Assembly: GCA_937981915.1 (NCBI GenBank)
Contig: CALJMD010000211.1
Span: 156 to 64,155, forward strand
Direction of reading: 5' to 3'
Length of the DNA: 64,000 nt
Origin: an uncultured Acidimicrobiales bacterium
GTDB lineage: Bacteria > Actinomycetota > Acidimicrobiia > Acidimicrobiales > SZUA-35
Below are positions 9,056 through 18,989 of the stretch, one piece after another. Each line of letters starts with the position of its first letter. Positions within the stretch are counted from its first letter, which is position 1. The notes beneath the pieces are model-generated. The model worked only from the letters and a program-made list of their open reading frames with translations. It had not been told where the DNA came from and made no database searches. Position numbers and translations under genes: made by a program.

Positions 9056-10792
9056 CTAGTCGACGGGCGGTGGCAGAACAGCCAGACCCAGCTCGGTTAG
9101 CTGCCCCTCGTCAACAAGACCGGGCGCACCGGTCATTGGATCAAGACCCGACTGGGGCTTGGGGAAAGCAATCACCTCTCGGATGTTCTCTTCTCCGGCG
9201 AGGATGGCGGCCAGCCGCTCCAGACCGTACGCGAACCCGCCGTGCGGTGGAGCCCCGTACTTGAACGGATTCAGGAAGAAACCGAATCGCTCCTCGGCTT
9301 CGTCCCGGCTGATCCCCAGAATGTCGAAGACCCGGCGTTGCAGTTCAGGGTCGTGGATTCGAATGCTTCCCGACCCGAGTTCCCAGCCGTTGAGTACCAG
9401 ATCGTAGGCCCAAGCCCGAACCTTCGTTGGGTCGCTCTCGAGCAACTCAAAGTCTTCCGGGTGAGGGTGGCAGAACGGGTGATGCCCGGGACGCGGTAGA
9501 CCCGAAGTTGCGTCCACGCCGACGAACAGCGGAAAGTCGACCACCCACACGTAGCGGTAGGGGCCCTGGCTGACCGGAGGTCGACCCATCCGGTTGCGAA
9601 GCTCACCTAAAACCTCGCACGTGGTGAGCCAGTCATCGGCGATCATCAACAACAGGTCGCCCTCGGATGCACCTAGGCGCTTAGCCAGCTCCTGTTGCTC
9701 GGTTTCAGACATGAACTTCGCCACTGGCGAATCAAAACTTCCGTCGGCCCCGACCTTGATCCACACCATGCCCTTGGCACCGAACGACTTAGCTGTGTCG
9801 GTCAACGCGTCGAGTTTGTTCCGGCCCCAATCGGCGGCGGCGCCTGGTGCATTGATGCCCTTAATGGACTCCGCAGTGGCGAAGGCTTTGAAGTCTGTGG
9901 CGGAGAAGACGTCAGTCAACTCGACTAGTTCCATCTCGAACCGGAGATCGGGCTTGTCGGAACCGAAGCGGTTCATCGCCTCGTGCCAGGTGATACGCGG
10001 TATCTCATCAGGGCGGACACCGGTGACGGCTTCGGCGGCGTCCAACACCGACACCTCGACCGCCGACAACACATCGTCGACGTCGACGAAGCTCATCTCC
10101 ATGTCCAGCTGCATGAACTCGTACTGGCGGTCGGCCCGCAAATCCTCGTCGCGGAGGCAACGGGCGATCTGGAAATACCGATCCAGCCCGGACACCATCA
10201 ACAACTGCTTGTACAGCTGAGGAGATTGCGGCAGCGCATAGAACGAACCCGGCCGCTGACGCGACGGGACGATGAACTCTCGCGCCCCTTCCGGGGTGGT
10301 GGGCATCAACATTGGAGTTTCGACTTCAACGAAACCCTGGTTGACCATGGCTGATCGAACGGCGGCGTTGACCTGGGAACGAACTCGAAGGTTGCGCTGC
10401 ATGCGGGGGCGGCGGAGGTCCAGGTACCGGTGACGCAGGCGAACCATCTCATCGACGTCGTCGGCCCGGTCGTCCATCGGGAACGGAGGTGGCTCGGCCA
10501 CCGACAAGATGTTCACTTCAGCGTCGGTGATCTCGATCTGGCCGGTGGACAGGTTCTCGTTGATCGTGCCGTCCGGCCGCTGCGTAACCGTTCCGGAGAT
10601 TTCCAGCACGTATTCGCTTCGAACATCAACCGAGTTGTCGACCACGCACTGAACAACGCCGGAGTGATCCCTCAGATCGACGAAGGCCAAGTGCTCGCCG
10701 TGCTCACGGCGACGGTTAACCCACCCGCACACAACCACGTGCTGGCCGATGTCGTCTTGGGTGAGCTCGCCGCAAAGGTGGGTTCGCTTCAT
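9056..10792 (-). CDS. aspS: aspartate--tRNA ligase
   Basis: OB-fold N-terminus (GQHVVVCGWVNRRREHG), class II motif 2 region FQIARCLRDEDLRADRQYEFMQLD, and motif 3 GGFAYGLERL. Confidence 0.95.
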   Translation of the reverse strand: MKRTHLCGELTQDDIGQHVVVCGWVNRRREHGEHLAFVDLRDHSGVVQCVVDNSVDVRSEYVLEISGTVTQRPDGTINENLSTGQIEITDAEVNILSVAEPPPFPMDDRADDVDEMVRLRHRYLDLRRPRMQRNLRVRSQVNAAVRSAMVNQGFVEVETPMLMPTTPEGAREFIVPSRQRPGSFYALPQSPQLYKQLLMVSGLDRYFQIARCLRDEDLRADRQYEFMQLDMEMSFVDVDDVLSAVEVSVLDAAEAVTGVRPDEIPRITWHEAMNRFGSDKPDLRFEMELVELTDVFSATDFKAFATAESIKGINAPGAAADWGRNKLDALTDTAKSFGAKGMVWIKVGADGSFDSPVAKFMSETEQQELAKRLGASEGDLLLMIADDWLTTCEVLGELRNRMGRPPVSQGPYRYVWVVDFPLFVGVDATSGLPRPGHHPFCHPHPEDFELLESDPTKVRAWAYDLVLNGWELGSGSIRIHDPELQRRVFDILGISRDEAEERFGFFLNPFKYGAPPHGGFAYGLERLAAILAGEENIREVIAFPKPQSGLDPMTGAPGLVDEGQLTELGLAVLPPPVD

Positions 10793-12081
10793 GTCCGTTC
10801 TTCTCCGTCCTTAGGTCCAAGGCCTTGGGCCAAACCAGAGCGTACCGCCGCCAACATCTGGCCACGCGGGACCCGCTCTTGTGTTCCGTCAGCCATCGCC
10901 CGGACCGACACTGTGCCTGTTGACAGTTCGTCCTCGCCCACAATTACCGCCAGCGGGGCGCCGGATCGGTTGGCGTTCTTCATTTGAGCTTTCATCGAGC
11001 GGCCGTCGTAGCTTCGGTCGGCCCGAACCCCGGCCGCTCGCAGTTCTTCCACCACGATCAATCCAACCTCGGCGGTGCCGCTGGCATCGACCACCCATAC
11101 GTCGAGCGTGGTGTCCGGCCACGGCGAAACACCCGCCGCCTCGCAAGCCAGGAGTGTCCGATCAACACCGATGGCGAAGCCGACACCCGGTTCGGCCGGC
11201 CCACCAAGTGCTTCGACCAATCCGTCGTAGCGACCCCCTCCCCCAACAGCATTCTGGGCGGCGTCAAGACCCGGCGCCGCGAACTCGAAGGTAGTGCGGT
11301 TGTAGTAGTCGAGACCTCGAACCAGTAGCGGATCGACCTGGTAGGTGATCTTCAGCGCATCAAGGCCGCTGCGGACAGTGTCAAAGGCGATAGCCGCCTC
11401 AGCGGACAATGAGTCCAGGATCGTCGGCGCGCCAGCAGCGATCGCTGCGTCACCGGGTCGCTTGGCGTCCAGCAGTCGAAGCGGGTTGACGTCAAGCGTC
11501 GCTTGAGCTGCTTCCGACAGGGCGTCTTTGTTCTCTTCGAAGTAGGCGCGAAGGCGATTCAGATAGTCCGGCCGCTCCGCCACATCACCAAGACTGTTGA
11601 TGCGAAGCTCGACGGTCAGGCCCAGCGAGTCGAAGAAACGCTGAGCCAGCGAAATCACCTCAACGTCGAGCTGAGGGTCATTGGAGCCGATGACCTCGAT
11701 GCCCACCTGATCGAACTGGCGGTACCGGCCCTTCTGGGGCTTGTCGTAGCGAAAGTTCGGGCCTGCATACCACGTCTTCCACGGTGTCGTCGGCCGATAC
11801 TGAGCGAACGCTCGGCACACCGACGCGGTGAACTCGGGCCGAAGGGCGATACTGCGACCTCCCTTGTCCTCAAAGGAGTACAGCTCCTTAGAAACGACGT
11901 CCGAGGCCTCGCCCAACCGGGCGAACACTTCTGTGTCTTCGAACATCGGTGGGATGATTTGACCAAACCCGGCGCCGGTGGCCAGGTCGGCAAACTGAGA
12001 AACGAGGCCTCTAAGATGACCGGCATCGGGCTCGAGAATATCCCTGGTGCCGGGCAGTGTTTGGAAGGTTGATCGGGCCAT
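10789..12081 (-). CDS. hisS: histidine--tRNA ligase
   Basis: TLPGTRD, ELYSFEDKGGRSIALRPEFT, YAGPNFRYDKPQKGRYRQFDQVG and GGGRYDGL motifs. 4-nt overlap with aspS. Confidence 0.95.
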   Translation of the reverse strand: MARSTFQTLPGTRDILEPDAGHLRGLVSQFADLATGAGFGQIIPPMFEDTEVFARLGEASDVVSKELYSFEDKGGRSIALRPEFTASVCRAFAQYRPTTPWKTWYAGPNFRYDKPQKGRYRQFDQVGIEVIGSNDPQLDVEVISLAQRFFDSLGLTVELRINSLGDVAERPDYLNRLRAYFEENKDALSEAAQATLDVNPLRLLDAKRPGDAAIAAGAPTILDSLSAEAAIAFDTVRSGLDALKITYQVDPLLVRGLDYYNRTTFEFAAPGLDAAQNAVGGGGRYDGLVEALGGPAEPGVGFAIGVDRTLLACEAAGVSPWPDTTLDVWVVDASGTAEVGLIVVEELRAAGVRADRSYDGRSMKAQMKNANRSGAPLAVIVGEDELSTGTVSVRAMADGTQERVPRGQMLAAVRSGLAQGLGPKDGEERT

Positions 12082-12155
12082 AACGAGCCTGATCGTACCC
12101 CGATCCCCTAAGGTCTCACCGCCATTTGTCGCCGGTTAGGGATTCTTCGTCGCCG

Positions 12156-13661
12156 TCACGCTGCGGTGCAGGCAGGCGTCAGTTCGCCAAGACCGATGTT
12201 CCAGCGCCGCTGTGCGGCCTGCAACACGGCCAATGCCACGGGCGCCAGCGGCGGCCCGCACCGAAGCGATCCAGGCTCGAAGTGGATGAACGCCAGACCC
12301 TCATCGTCCCCCCGCGGTCGCCACTCGAAGCTACCTAGCAACGTGGCGCCTTCACCGACCACATCAGCGTCGCTGGAAACGAACCGGATGTCGTCGGAGT
12401 GAATTGACTGCTCGGCCCGGGATACGGAGAGAATTCTCACATTGCCCGTGGCCGGTGCAGCCGAGACACCGGGTGCATGACTCACCGGAGTCATGAGGCG
12501 GGCCTCGGGTCGTTCCGACATCTTGAATCGGACCCAACGCTCAAGTTCTCGTGGGTCGAGATCGGGCAATACTCCTTCAACAACACAAACGTGAAGGAGA
12601 AACATCGATAGTTGCTGACCGGAGTTGAGTTGATGCAGCATCGGGAGCGCAGCCCCGAAACGGGGGTTGATCTCGGTTGGCTTGAACGACACCTCATCAG
12701 CCACCCCGTCAAGCGTGAACACACCCCGGAAGCCGACTCGTCGCCGCAGGATGTCGCCCACACGCTCCGCCGCCGATTGCATCGCCGCCCGCACCGTCTC
12801 CCCCGGTCGCCAGAATGTACTCGAACGGGCGTAATGAAATCGACTGTCAACCGTGTCGAGAAACGTCATCATTTCGCACGGCAAGAACGAGATGGTCTGG
12901 TCATCAAAAACCATTCCGTGAACACTGCACGGCACGCCGGACAAAAACGGCATCACTCGAGCCCGCTCGTTACGACCGCGGCGAGAAGTCATGAAGTCTG
13001 CTACGTCGCCTCCAGTGCGGATCCAAAAGGTGCCATCAGCGCCGCCATGCCAGCCGCTTTGATTGTCAACAGCCCATACCGAACCCTGCTGGGTTGCCAA
13101 CCGCTCGTGGCTATTCAGACCAGCGGAAGGATCGGAAAGATCCACGATCTCAAATGGCGCCACCTCAATACCGGCTTCGTTCCAGATGTCAATCACGGCC
13201 AGCTTGTCTTCGAGTTGCTTCCACTCTTCGCGAGTAACGCCAAAGGATCGACGGCCGCCGACCGAGCGAGCCGTGGCCGTAAACGGCAGTACGGCACGGG
13301 CGAGCCCATCCGGATCCCAGCGGTCGACAGCAGCTTGGGCCTCCTCCGGCAGCGACTCGTAGGCCTTCTGCGCCGTCTGTATACCCTCCAGCAAGTTCGA
13401 CGGTGAAGGCAAACCTAGCCCTACGTGGTGAACGGCTGACGTTGAAGCGTCTTCGTCTCCGCCAAACGCGCTAAGTGCCATCGTCGCAGTCGTGTCCGAA
13501 CGGTTTGCCGTCGCTGCGATCCGAGTGGCCAAGCCAATGGCTGGTGCGGCCCCTTCACTTACCGCCAGCCACTTACCTGCAGCAAACACTTTGCGAAGAT
13601 CAGCCGACAGCTGCTCCTCGAACTCGATGAAGTCGGTTGCTGTCTCGGTGGTGTCGGACAT
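12156..13661 (-). CDS. ATP-grasp-like protein of unknown specificity
   Basis: 501-aa ORF. Central region resembles an ATP-grasp fold: ARVMPFLSGVPCSVHGMVFDD, and FRGVFTLDGVADEVSFKPTEINPRFGAAL with EINPRF at 12657..12674. I recognise no motif in the N-terminal ~130 aa or the C-terminal ~120 aa. Confidence 0.6.
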   Translation of the reverse strand: MSDTTETATDFIEFEEQLSADLRKVFAAGKWLAVSEGAAPAIGLATRIAATANRSDTTATMALSAFGGDEDASTSAVHHVGLGLPSPSNLLEGIQTAQKAYESLPEEAQAAVDRWDPDGLARAVLPFTATARSVGGRRSFGVTREEWKQLEDKLAVIDIWNEAGIEVAPFEIVDLSDPSAGLNSHERLATQQGSVWAVDNQSGWHGGADGTFWIRTGGDVADFMTSRRGRNERARVMPFLSGVPCSVHGMVFDDQTISFLPCEMMTFLDTVDSRFHYARSSTFWRPGETVRAAMQSAAERVGDILRRRVGFRGVFTLDGVADEVSFKPTEINPRFGAALPMLHQLNSGQQLSMFLLHVCVVEGVLPDLDPRELERWVRFKMSERPEARLMTPVSHAPGVSAAPATGNVRILSVSRAEQSIHSDDIRFVSSDADVVGEGATLLGSFEWRPRGDDEGLAFIHFEPGSLRCGPPLAPVALAVLQAAQRRWNIGLGELTPACTAA

Positions 13662-13732
13662 GGCCCGATGATCGCGGCGGCATGTACCTTCGTCAACCGA
13701 TTACCGCCACACCTTGAGGTGGCAAGCAGGCG

Positions 13733-15985
13733 CTAGCGACGATCTGACCGGCCCGGGACGATCCGGTACACGTCGTAGACACCGTCGACCGATCGGAGGT
13801 GATGCATTACCGACGTGAGGTGGGTCGGGTCGGCAATTTCAAACTCGAACGAGAGTCGAGCAATCCGGTCATCGGTAGTGCTCGTCGAACAGTTGATGAT
13901 ATTGACGTGCTGCTCGGCGAACGCCCGGGAGACATCGGCCAACAAGTGGTTTCGGTCGTACGCCTTAAGCTCCAGCGAGGCAATGAAGTTGTCGGTCTCT
14001 ACGTCGGAGTCCCACTCAGCATCGATCAGACGGTCGTTTTGAGCGTTGGCCAGCGATTCGGCGTTGGCGCAGTCCGTGCGGTGGACCGACACTCCACGAC
14101 CTCGGGTGACAAACCCCATGATGTCGTCGCCGGGGACCGGGGTGCAGCAACGCGACAACCGCACCAAGACGTCGTCGAGACCCTCAATCCGAACCCCAAC
14201 TGATCCAGGCGGCTCAGGCTTGACCGGCAACATCGTCGAGTCGGGGGCGCCCAGTGGCGTTTGCTGCTTGATGGGCTCCTGCAGGGAGGTGTGTTTCAGT
14301 AGTCGACTGACGACTTTGTTCACGCCGATGTTGCGTTCACCGATCGCGGCGAACAAGCTTTCGGCGTCCGGATACTTCATCTCGAGGGCGGTCTCAACGA
14401 TGATCTGCCCGGACTTGGGGCCGAAGTCGTCGAGCGAGAGGCCTTCTTTCTTCAGCGCCCGCTTGAGAACACGCTCCCCGGTGGAGATCGAGTCGTCACG
14501 CCGCTCTCGGGAAAACCATTGCTTGATCTTGCTGGCGGCCCGGTGGGACGACACAAAGTTCAGCCAGTCCTGAGACGGACCGGCCTGGGTCACCTTGGAG
14601 GTAAAGATCTCCACGGTTTGGCCTGACTGCAACGGCTCTGACAACGCCACCAAATTGCCGTCCACTTTGGCGCCAACACAACGGTGCCCGATGTCGGTGT
14701 GGATGGCGTAGGCGAAGTCAATAGGCGTTGACCCGGCAGGCAGGGTTGTCACCTGGCCTTGCGGGGTGAAGACAAAGACTTCTTCATCCTGGTCGAGGTC
14801 GACCTTGAGGTTTCGCATGAACTCGGAAGGATCCGAGGTCTCTTTTTCCCAGCCGACGATTCGAGTCAACCACGGCAGATCAAGTCCACCGGAGGTGGGC
14901 TCGTCGTCCTTGTAGTGGTAGTGGGCGGCCACACCGGACTCCGCCCGCTGATGCATCTCCCGGGTTCGAATCTGCACTTCGATGGGTTTGCCCTGCGGAC
15001 CGACGACCGTGGTGTGCAGCGACTGGTACAGGTTGAACTTCGGCATCGCCACATAGTCTTTGAAACGCCCTTGAACCGGCTTCCACGTGGCGTGTATCGA
15101 CCCCAGTGCGGCGTAGCAGTCTCGTACGCTGTCGACCACGACCCTGATCCCGACCAGGTCGTGGATCTCGTTGAACTCTTTCCCACGGAGCTGCATCTTC
15201 TCGTAGATCGAGTAGAGGGTCTTCTCCCGACCCATCACTTCGGCGTCGATGGCAAGCTCTTTGACCCGGTCATTCACCTGCTCAAGAACCTGGGTCAGAT
15301 ACGTCTCACGTTCCGGCGTGCGCAACGCAACCATGTATTCGATCTCGGCGTAGCGCTTCGGGTGGAGGGCGGCGAAGGCCAGATCCTCCATCTGCATCTT
15401 GACTTCCTGCATGCCGAGGCGGTGAGCAAGCGGGGCGTACACCTGGAGACTCTCCAAGGCGATGCGTTCCTGTTTCCAATGTGGCATGGCCGCCAGGGTG
15501 CGGAGGTTGTGGAGCCGGTCGGTCAATTTAATGATCAGCACCCGAATGTCTTTCGACATGGCGATGATCATCTTGCGGATGGTGGCGGCCTGCTGCGCCT
15601 CTTTGGTGTCGAAACGAATCCGCTCGAGCTTGGTGACACCGTCGACAATGGCGGCCACCTCGTCACCGAACGCCCGGTCGATGTCTTCCAGCTCGATACG
15701 GGTGTCCTCAACCGCATCGTGCAGCAGGGCGGCGGCAATAGACACTTCATCGAGGCCTAGACGGGCGATAATCTTTGCCACGGACAGCGGATGGGTGATG
15801 TATGGCTCCCCGGAGCGCCGACGCTGGTCGATGTGGGCCCGCTCGGCCATTTGGAACGCCCGGAACACGACATCAACCTGGCGGTCACGATCGGGTCCGT
15901 TGAACCGTTCGATCAGCGGCTCAATTTCGACCTCGGGCGTGGGTCGCTTGCGTAGCCAGGGCAGTACCCGTTCAACCGTTACCAC
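13733..15985 (-). CDS. relA: bifunctional (p)ppGpp synthetase/hydrolase RelA/SpoT
   Basis: 750 aa. HD hydrolase domain (HPLSVAKIIARLGLD, AALLHDAVEDT). Synthetase domain (YSIYEKM, HDLVGIRVVV, YQSLHTTV). TGS- and ACT-like C-terminal regions. Confidence 0.95.
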   Translation of the reverse strand: MVTVERVLPWLRKRPTPEVEIEPLIERFNGPDRDRQVDVVFRAFQMAERAHIDQRRRSGEPYITHPLSVAKIIARLGLDEVSIAAALLHDAVEDTRIELEDIDRAFGDEVAAIVDGVTKLERIRFDTKEAQQAATIRKMIIAMSKDIRVLIIKLTDRLHNLRTLAAMPHWKQERIALESLQVYAPLAHRLGMQEVKMQMEDLAFAALHPKRYAEIEYMVALRTPERETYLTQVLEQVNDRVKELAIDAEVMGREKTLYSIYEKMQLRGKEFNEIHDLVGIRVVVDSVRDCYAALGSIHATWKPVQGRFKDYVAMPKFNLYQSLHTTVVGPQGKPIEVQIRTREMHQRAESGVAAHYHYKDDEPTSGGLDLPWLTRIVGWEKETSDPSEFMRNLKVDLDQDEEVFVFTPQGQVTTLPAGSTPIDFAYAIHTDIGHRCVGAKVDGNLVALSEPLQSGQTVEIFTSKVTQAGPSQDWLNFVSSHRAASKIKQWFSRERRDDSISTGERVLKRALKKEGLSLDDFGPKSGQIIVETALEMKYPDAESLFAAIGERNIGVNKVVSRLLKHTSLQEPIKQQTPLGAPDSTMLPVKPEPPGSVGVRIEGLDDVLVRLSRCCTPVPGDDIMGFVTRGRGVSVHRTDCANAESLANAQNDRLIDAEWDSDVETDNFIASLELKAYDRNHLLADVSRAFAEQHVNIINCSTSTTDDRIARLSFEFEIADPTHLTSVMHHLRSVDGVYDVYRIVPGRSDRR

Positions 15986-16077
15986 GTCGCGATTCGTTCT
16001 CCAGAGTCGATCCTGAGATCAAGTATAGCGTCGCCCCTCAAACGGCTGTAACCAGCGTCAGTTGGCTCTCGCCTCGA

Positions 16078-17187
16078 CTAGCGACGCTTGCCCTTCTTGC
16101 GCGGCCGCGGCGGACCGCCTCCGGGTGAAAGAAGTCGGGGGTCGTCATCAAGTCGGGTAATAACCGGCTTTGCTTCCTCATCGTCGAGAGCTTCGCCGTC
16201 GTTACCACCGGCAGCGGTAGCAGCCGACTTTTCGCGTTCTCGGCGACGGGCTTCCATTTCGGCCGCTCGACGGACCTCGGGCTCTCGTTCCTTCAACCAC
16301 ACCAGGATCGGGGCGGCGACGAAGATCGAGGAGTACGTCCCCAGCAAAAGCCCAATGAACAACGCCAAGGCGAAGTCCCGGATTCCCGCGCCACCCAGCA
16401 GAACCCCTCCGATGAGGAGCATCGATAGCACCGGCAGAACAGTCGTGATAGTGGTGTTGATCGAACGCATCAACACCTGGTTCATGGACTGGCTGACAAG
16501 CTCCTCAATCGAGAGACGCTCAGCAATGATGCTCCGCTCGTTGTCGAGAACCTTGTCGAACACCACAACAGTGTCGTACAGCGAGTAGCCAAGGATTGTC
16601 AGCAGGGCGATCACGGTCGCCGGACTCACTTCGAACCCGAAGAGGGCGTACACACCAGATGTTATGAGCAGGTCGTGGACCACAGCGGCCAGAGCGCCGA
16701 GCGCCATACGCCACTCAAGTCGCCACGCCAGATACAGAGCAACGACGACGAAGAACAGAGCGAGCGCACGCAGCGCCTGACTGGTGATCTGATCCCCCCA
16801 GGTCGGCCCGATCTCAGACACGCCGACCGCGTCACGGTCGACTCCTCCGAGTTCAGCCATCTGCGTCACGATCTCGTCGCTGCGCTCGAGGGCTTCGGTT
16901 CCTGATTGGAAGCGAATTTGATTGCCACTGGAGGTGCCAACCAACTGAATTCGGGCATCGTCGATCGCTGTGACGGCGGAGCGGGCATCGGCGACCGTGA
17001 CGTCGTCGGCAACCGGAACCTCCCAGACGCCGCCACCCTGGAAATCGATGCTGAGGTTTAGTCCGCGGACCAACAACAACAGCAGAGAGATAGTGATCAG
17101 CGCGAACGCCACCCGTAGCGAGATCCGCCATCGGGGGCGGAAATCTATGGTCGACTGTCCGGCAAACAGATCGTCGAGAAGACTCAT
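16078..17187 (-). CDS. secF: protein translocase subunit SecF
   Basis: LSIDFQGGGVWEV motif and a 6-TM SecD/F export domain. Start set to ATG 17187 (MSLLDDLF), forming an ATGA overlap with the secD stop. The ORF-track start at 17289 lies inside secD. Confidence 0.9.
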   Translation of the reverse strand: MSLLDDLFAGQSTIDFRPRWRISLRVAFALITISLLLLLVRGLNLSIDFQGGGVWEVPVADDVTVADARSAVTAIDDARIQLVGTSSGNQIRFQSGTEALERSDEIVTQMAELGGVDRDAVGVSEIGPTWGDQITSQALRALALFFVVVALYLAWRLEWRMALGALAAVVHDLLITSGVYALFGFEVSPATVIALLTILGYSLYDTVVVFDKVLDNERSIIAERLSIEELVSQSMNQVLMRSINTTITTVLPVLSMLLIGGVLLGGAGIRDFALALFIGLLLGTYSSIFVAAPILVWLKEREPEVRRAAEMEARRREREKSAATAAGGNDGEALDDEEAKPVITRLDDDPRLLSPGGGPPRPRKKGKRR

Positions 17188-18989
17188 GCCTTGGTTCCCC
17201 CAAAGTTCGGCAGCCCCAACAAGCGGGGGTTCTCGTCGACGGCGGAGCGCCGGGCCAGCCATAGCAGGGCCGGTCGCATGAAGGTCCACGAGATGATCAG
17301 GTCAAGAATGGTGGCCAGGCCGAGGTAGAAAGCGAAGCCTCGAACCGCACCGACGGTGAGCAAGTAGAGCAGTACCGCGGCGATCAAGCTGACCACGTCT
17401 GCTTTGACAATGGTCGAAATTGCCGACTGATAGGCCCGCTCAACCGCAGTCGGAACACGCCGCCCCGACATATAACTCTCTTTGACGTTTTCGAAGTAGA
17501 CGATGTTGGAGTCGGCGGAAACACCGACGGCCACAATGAGCCCGACCACCCCCGCCAACGTCAGCGCCAGGCCGAACTGTTCGCCAAACCAGGCCACGAT
17601 TGTCCACAGCAACGCGCCCGAGATCAAAAGACCACCGATGGCGACTAGGCCGGCCAACCGGTAATACGCCATCAGGTAGATGGCCACCAGGGCGAGACCG
17701 ATGAGGCCAGCGACAACGCCGGACTGCATGACATCACGACCGATCGAGGCCGAAACGGTTCTCGTTTCCTGCGGGATGAGTTCGAGAGGCAGGGCACCAA
17801 ATCGCAGTGCCTCAGCCAACCGACGAGCTTCCGGTTCCTCAAAGTCGCCGGAAATCACAATCTGGTTTCGGGCGAACTGGGGGGCATTGATCGACGGTGC
17901 TGATATGACATTGTGATCAAGCACCACTGCTAGCCGGGTCGACGGGCAGACCTCACTGTTGGCGTTGAAACACTGCGCCGCAACGTCATTGAACTGGTTG
18001 ATGCCGTCGTCGCCGGGTTTGAATACCGGATTGACCTGCCAACCGGTCCCGGTAAAGGCCAGGCCGACATCGGCGGTCTCGACCACTTCACCGGTAAGCA
18101 GTGTCGGGCCGAGGCAATAACGATTGCCTCTGTCGTCAGCGAGGACCACGTAGTCTTCGGCGATGTCATCATCATCCGCTGTGACGTCAGGTATGGCACA
18201 GGCCTCAAGAATGGCCAACTGATTGGGATCTATCGTGCCCTGCTCAGTCGGGATCGGGGGAAGGTCGGCGTCAAGCGGGTCGCCTTCCCCCGCGCCGTCG
18301 GCCGCAGGTTCTTCAGCGTCAGCGGCAGGGTCTTCATCGGCGTCGTCAACGGCAGGCTCTTCAGCGTCGACGGCAGGATCCTCTTCAGCGTCGTCGCCGG
18401 TGTCGTCCTGGGCTGGAAGAACGGGGCTAAGGCGGCCGGCGAACCCAAACGAATCCTCGGCGTCGCCAGACTCTTCTTCAGTGGAGCCCTCGGCGTCAGA
18501 ACCTTGGCTGTCAGAATCCTCGGTGTCAGCATCGTCGCCGGTGTCAGATTCATCGCTGGTATCGGATTCGTCGAGCTCGGCGTCATCGGCATCCGGGATC
18601 GTCACCGCATCAGGGTCGAAGGCCGGGCCGAGTTCGGCCACGACCGGGCGGAACCGCAGCTCGGCCGTTTGCTGGAGACGGTCGAGAGCCTCTTCTTGGT
18701 CCTCGACCACGCCAGGCAATGACACCACAATGTTCTGACCCTGGCGGGAGATCTCGGGCTCGGCAACACCAATCTCGTCAATTCGGTTGCGCAAAAGCTC
18801 GACGGTCAGATCAAGCGTTTCGTCCGATATCGCCTCGTCGGAAGTGTTGGTCGGCTCAAGCACAACCGACACACCGCCTTGAAGGTCCAAACCCAGCAGC
18901 GGCTGATTACCGACCGCGACGGTGTAGATGACGCCGAGAACGGCAGCCACCACAACCCCTACGGCGGAAATAATTGTGCCTCGCGTCAT
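17184..18989 (-). CDS. secD: protein translocase subunit SecD (with acidic insertion)
   Basis: N-terminal TM helix, LGLDLQGGVSVVLE, and a C-terminal 6-TM domain (VGVSADSNIVYFENVKE). ATGA overlap with the yajC stop. Confidence 0.9.
   Translation of the reverse strand: MTRGTIISAVGVVVAAVLGVIYTVAVGNQPLLGLDLQGGVSVVLEPTNTSDEAISDETLDLTVELLRNRIDEIGVAEPEISRQGQNIVVSLPGVVEDQEEALDRLQQTAELRFRPVVAELGPAFDPDAVTIPDADDAELDESDTSDESDTGDDADTEDSDSQGSDAEGSTEEESGDAEDSFGFAGRLSPVLPAQDDTGDDAEEDPAVDAEEPAVDDADEDPAADAEEPAADGAGEGDPLDADLPPIPTEQGTIDPNQLAILEACAIPDVTADDDDIAEDYVVLADDRGNRYCLGPTLLTGEVVETADVGLAFTGTGWQVNPVFKPGDDGINQFNDVAAQCFNANSEVCPSTRLAVVLDHNVISAPSINAPQFARNQIVISGDFEEPEARRLAEALRFGALPLELIPQETRTVSASIGRDVMQSGVVAGLIGLALVAIYLMAYYRLAGLVAIGGLLISGALLWTIVAWFGEQFGLALTLAGVVGLIVAVGVSADSNIVYFENVKESYMSGRRVPTAVERAYQSAISTIVKADVVSLIAAVLLYLLTVGAVRGFAFYLGLATILDLIISWTFMRPALLWLARRSAVDENPRLLGLPNFGGTKA
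18304..18395 (-). repeat. imperfect 21-27-nt tandem repeats inside secD encoding AEEPAVD-type units
   Basis: Plus-strand units start with ggcagg(n)tcttcagcgtc, four copies in a row. They translate on the minus strand to DAEEDPAVDAEEPAVDDADEDPAADAEEPAAD. Confidence 0.7.

Noticed and set aside
15986-16077. Absence of apt (adenine phosphoribosyltransferase) between secF and relA, where many actinobacteria carry it.
   Set aside because: It is only a 92-nt spacer with no ORF or gene remnant visible. Absence of a gene is not a feature that can be supported further from this window.
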